This document shows, one piece after another, positions 61,899 to 64,000 of a stretch of DNA of 64,000 bases. A model generated the notes under the pieces. It had not been told where the DNA came from. It did no database searches and worked only from the letters and a program-made list of their open reading frames with translations. Every line of letters starts with the position of its first letter. Positions within the stretch are counted from its first letter, which is position 1. The DNA is taken from positions 1-64,000 of the forward strand of contig JAAILG010001454.1 in the NCBI GenBank assembly GCA_012026655.1, read 5' to 3'. This stretch comes from Hydrolagus affinis. Lineage: Eukaryota. Both the position numbers and the translations under genes were made by a program.

Positions 61899-62320
61899 AT
61901 AGCGCCCTTCACTTGGGGTAGTGTCCTGGAGCGCTAAATTATCCGCAGAAACCAGAATTTATTTACGCATTTTTTTTTAATCAGTCCAATCCAGAAGATT
62001 TCCCTCGTTTATTAAATAAATGGCCTGAATTTAGTTCTTCCTTCAGTGGTTCTGAATTCCACAATCAGCAAAAATGTGTTGCCGCAGTAAATTGATGCAT
62101 GAGCAAACTAAACTATTCCGAATAATAGGGCGATTGCTGGAGATACCTTCCTGTGTGTGCAATCTTTAATTAAGGCAGTAGTACAGTCTATTAATATTTT
62201 TCTCTACATCGCACCTCATATCTTGGTGCTTAAGAATGGGTGCAAGGCAAGTTGTCTGAGCTTTTATATTACAATTCATAAGATCACAAGACATGTTCAG
62301 ATGAAGAAGGCCCTTTTATA

Positions 62321-62435
62321 TAATAATAATAATAATCCTTGTATTTGATATGGCACTTATCACATCTTATCGACGTCTCAAAGCGCTTTGCAGAATATAC
62401 TGTAAAGTGAATTGACTGTATATTTGTGAGAGAAA
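62321..62435 (-). mobile_element. Young SINE, 3' fragment
   Basis: Family tail in reverse. Confidence 0.85.
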
Positions 62436-63934
62436 TGGCCCTCTTGAATCTATCCTCCTAGAATATTAACCTACCATCTTCCCTTTACGGCACCAAATCA
62501 TTTCTCATATTATTCTGCTACGCTGGACTCCATCACACATCTTAGTTTCAAAGACGCAGGCTATTGCAGCGCGTATCACTAAGAAAGTTTTCTTCGGGGA
62601 ACAATATTGCAGAGAAACAATTGAATGAAGTCTGAAATTATTATGTCTTCAGAAAATGCTATTTTTATGCAAAAGATGATAATACTTAGTATTAGTAGCA
62701 GAAGTTAAAAGTTAAAAGAAATAGAAGGATTTGTTTTGTCATCTGCATTGTGTGAGCAAAGTGCCCTGGCTATTCCTATCGTTGATGACATTGATGACAT
62801 TTGGTGTTCGAATATGGTGCCTTTCACGAATGGAGGGCATCTCAAAGCACTTCACAGGATAAACACAGAGCCTAATGACTGTGTAATTTGTAGGCAAACT
62901 ACCTTTATTTTATTACCACAAAGAATAGCCAAACAGTATCCCTTTGAGATTGCAACAGTGGGTCAGGGTTCATTGTTGTGCTGTATGGGAGTGACTGTAG
63001 TGAAAACGAACCACTCAAGGTTTGCTCTTGTAAATCATAATATCACCTGAACCCTTTAACTGCATTATTGCCTGCAATCCAGCTTCTTCATGTGGCAACT
63101 AACTTCACCCACCAAAGCCTCACCTTCGCATTCCTATCTGCCGGCAAAGATGAAACACAACTTGCCCAATAACCTATCTTTAAAAAAGGACATTGCTTGA
63201 AATAATAATGAAAGAAAATAAATGGAATGTCCTTTTTTCTGCTGTTTGGCCTTCTGTTTATTAGCAATTTTCGCTGCTTCTTTGCAGCGCCATCTGCTGC
63301 ACGTGGAAGTGAGAGGGACTAAAATCAGGATCATGTGGCCAGTGAATGATTCAGCTTTGCTGAGTCTTACTGAGTGAAAGAAGTTTCACTTCGAACCAAG
63401 AAAAAAAATCCTTGTTTTATAATTTAAGACAAATTACCACGATTACGTTTATTCTGTGTGTGTTTTAAAATGTGTCGGTGTGGCCAGAAATCTGTAACGT
63501 GGCGGTAACAGTGATAAAATGTGATGGAAACATCCCAAAACAAGCTTCAGATCAGACTTCATTGAATCCTGAGCTATTTGCTGTCTTCTTTATCGCCCGC
63601 CTACAATTATGTCTCCTTTCTACCATCAAGGCATAACTCATGTTAAGGGTATGGTTCCACAGTAGCTCTCTCTCTCTCTCTGGAGTAGCGATTGTTTAAG
63701 CGTGGAGAGCAAGGTTCTACACATATTTGACTGAGGTACAGCGGAGTGGTTAAAGGGTTATCAGCAATTCCTGTTCTGAACTGACATCCACAAATAGATT
63801 GCCGGTGTTGTTCACTGGATCGGAAGGAGAACGGACACGTTCGACAAGCAACTTGAGAACCGGATTAGAGTAAGACTTGATATTTTGGAAGGATGAGATC
63901 AAATGGATCAAAAGGACTTCTTTATCTCAAACCT

Positions 63935-64000
63935 CTCGCAATTTATTATAGTTTTTTTTTGGACGGATTGTTACTAGGCGTGTGGAGTGAGAAAACTTGC
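63935..64000 (-). mobile_element. Young SINE 5' part, cut by the window end
   Basis: ggacggattgttactaggcgtgtggagtgagaaaacttgc matches 54581-54620. Confidence 0.8.

Noticed and set aside
1-64000. CRISPR-like or prokaryotic operon/defence system
   Set aside because: The DNA is spliceosomal-intron-containing vertebrate sequence; repeats are dispersed retroposons rather than regularly spaced arrays, and no long intronless ORF exists.

Overview
Eukaryotic (vertebrate) genomic DNA, AT-rich and intron-dominated, with three 100-N assembly gaps. The repeat content (tRNA/Deu-domain SINEs with L2 tails, L2, CR1 and Penelope-like ends) suggests a cartilaginous fish, probably a chimaera; this is inference. 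Two spliced genes lie tail-to-tail in the same arrangement as human Xq28. (1) The last nine coding exons of MTMR1 on + (398-7653), with an intact HCSDGWDR phosphatase motif and a C-terminal PDZ-binding QTTV. (2) An apparently complete CD99L2 on - (ATG 49738 to stop 14040), which I rebuilt by hand as 11 coding exons joined entirely by phase-1 introns, about 241 aa: MAFSCRVFLMCISYTVMTTRVLGDNDFDLDLSDAFNDVTSKRPLTTPGKLSSGTEDFSLWDLFPTTARPGRKTTKSPKTTKKPSPKIGDDDFDLSDALPDDKNDKYDRGGKDGKEEPSVPGSKGEGNGGGSSFSDDDLDDLVNGGGGGYQPDKKKSGGNAPADDSNSDQEMPPATIAGITSGLAVAVLGAVTSFIAYQKKQLCFKLQDYVKGGNLQSEPPAEGNLVQTQSAQPPADSAIQV. Most ORFs in the supplied track are spurious. The rest of the window is transposon-derived: more than 20 copies of a young SINE, older full-Deu SINEs, two copies of a TA-flanked MITE, a Penelope-like insert with a 14-bp TSD, and a candidate 620-bp solo LTR upstream of CD99L2. 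I find no convincing evidence of a wholly new biological system. The best leads are the candidate solo LTR paired with a splice acceptor ahead of the CD99L2 ATG, the modular all-phase-1 exon design with inverted SINE pairs, and an unexplained 71-bp direct repeat. Repeat boundaries are approximate (about +/-10 bp); exon boundaries were checked against GT-AG sites and reading frame.
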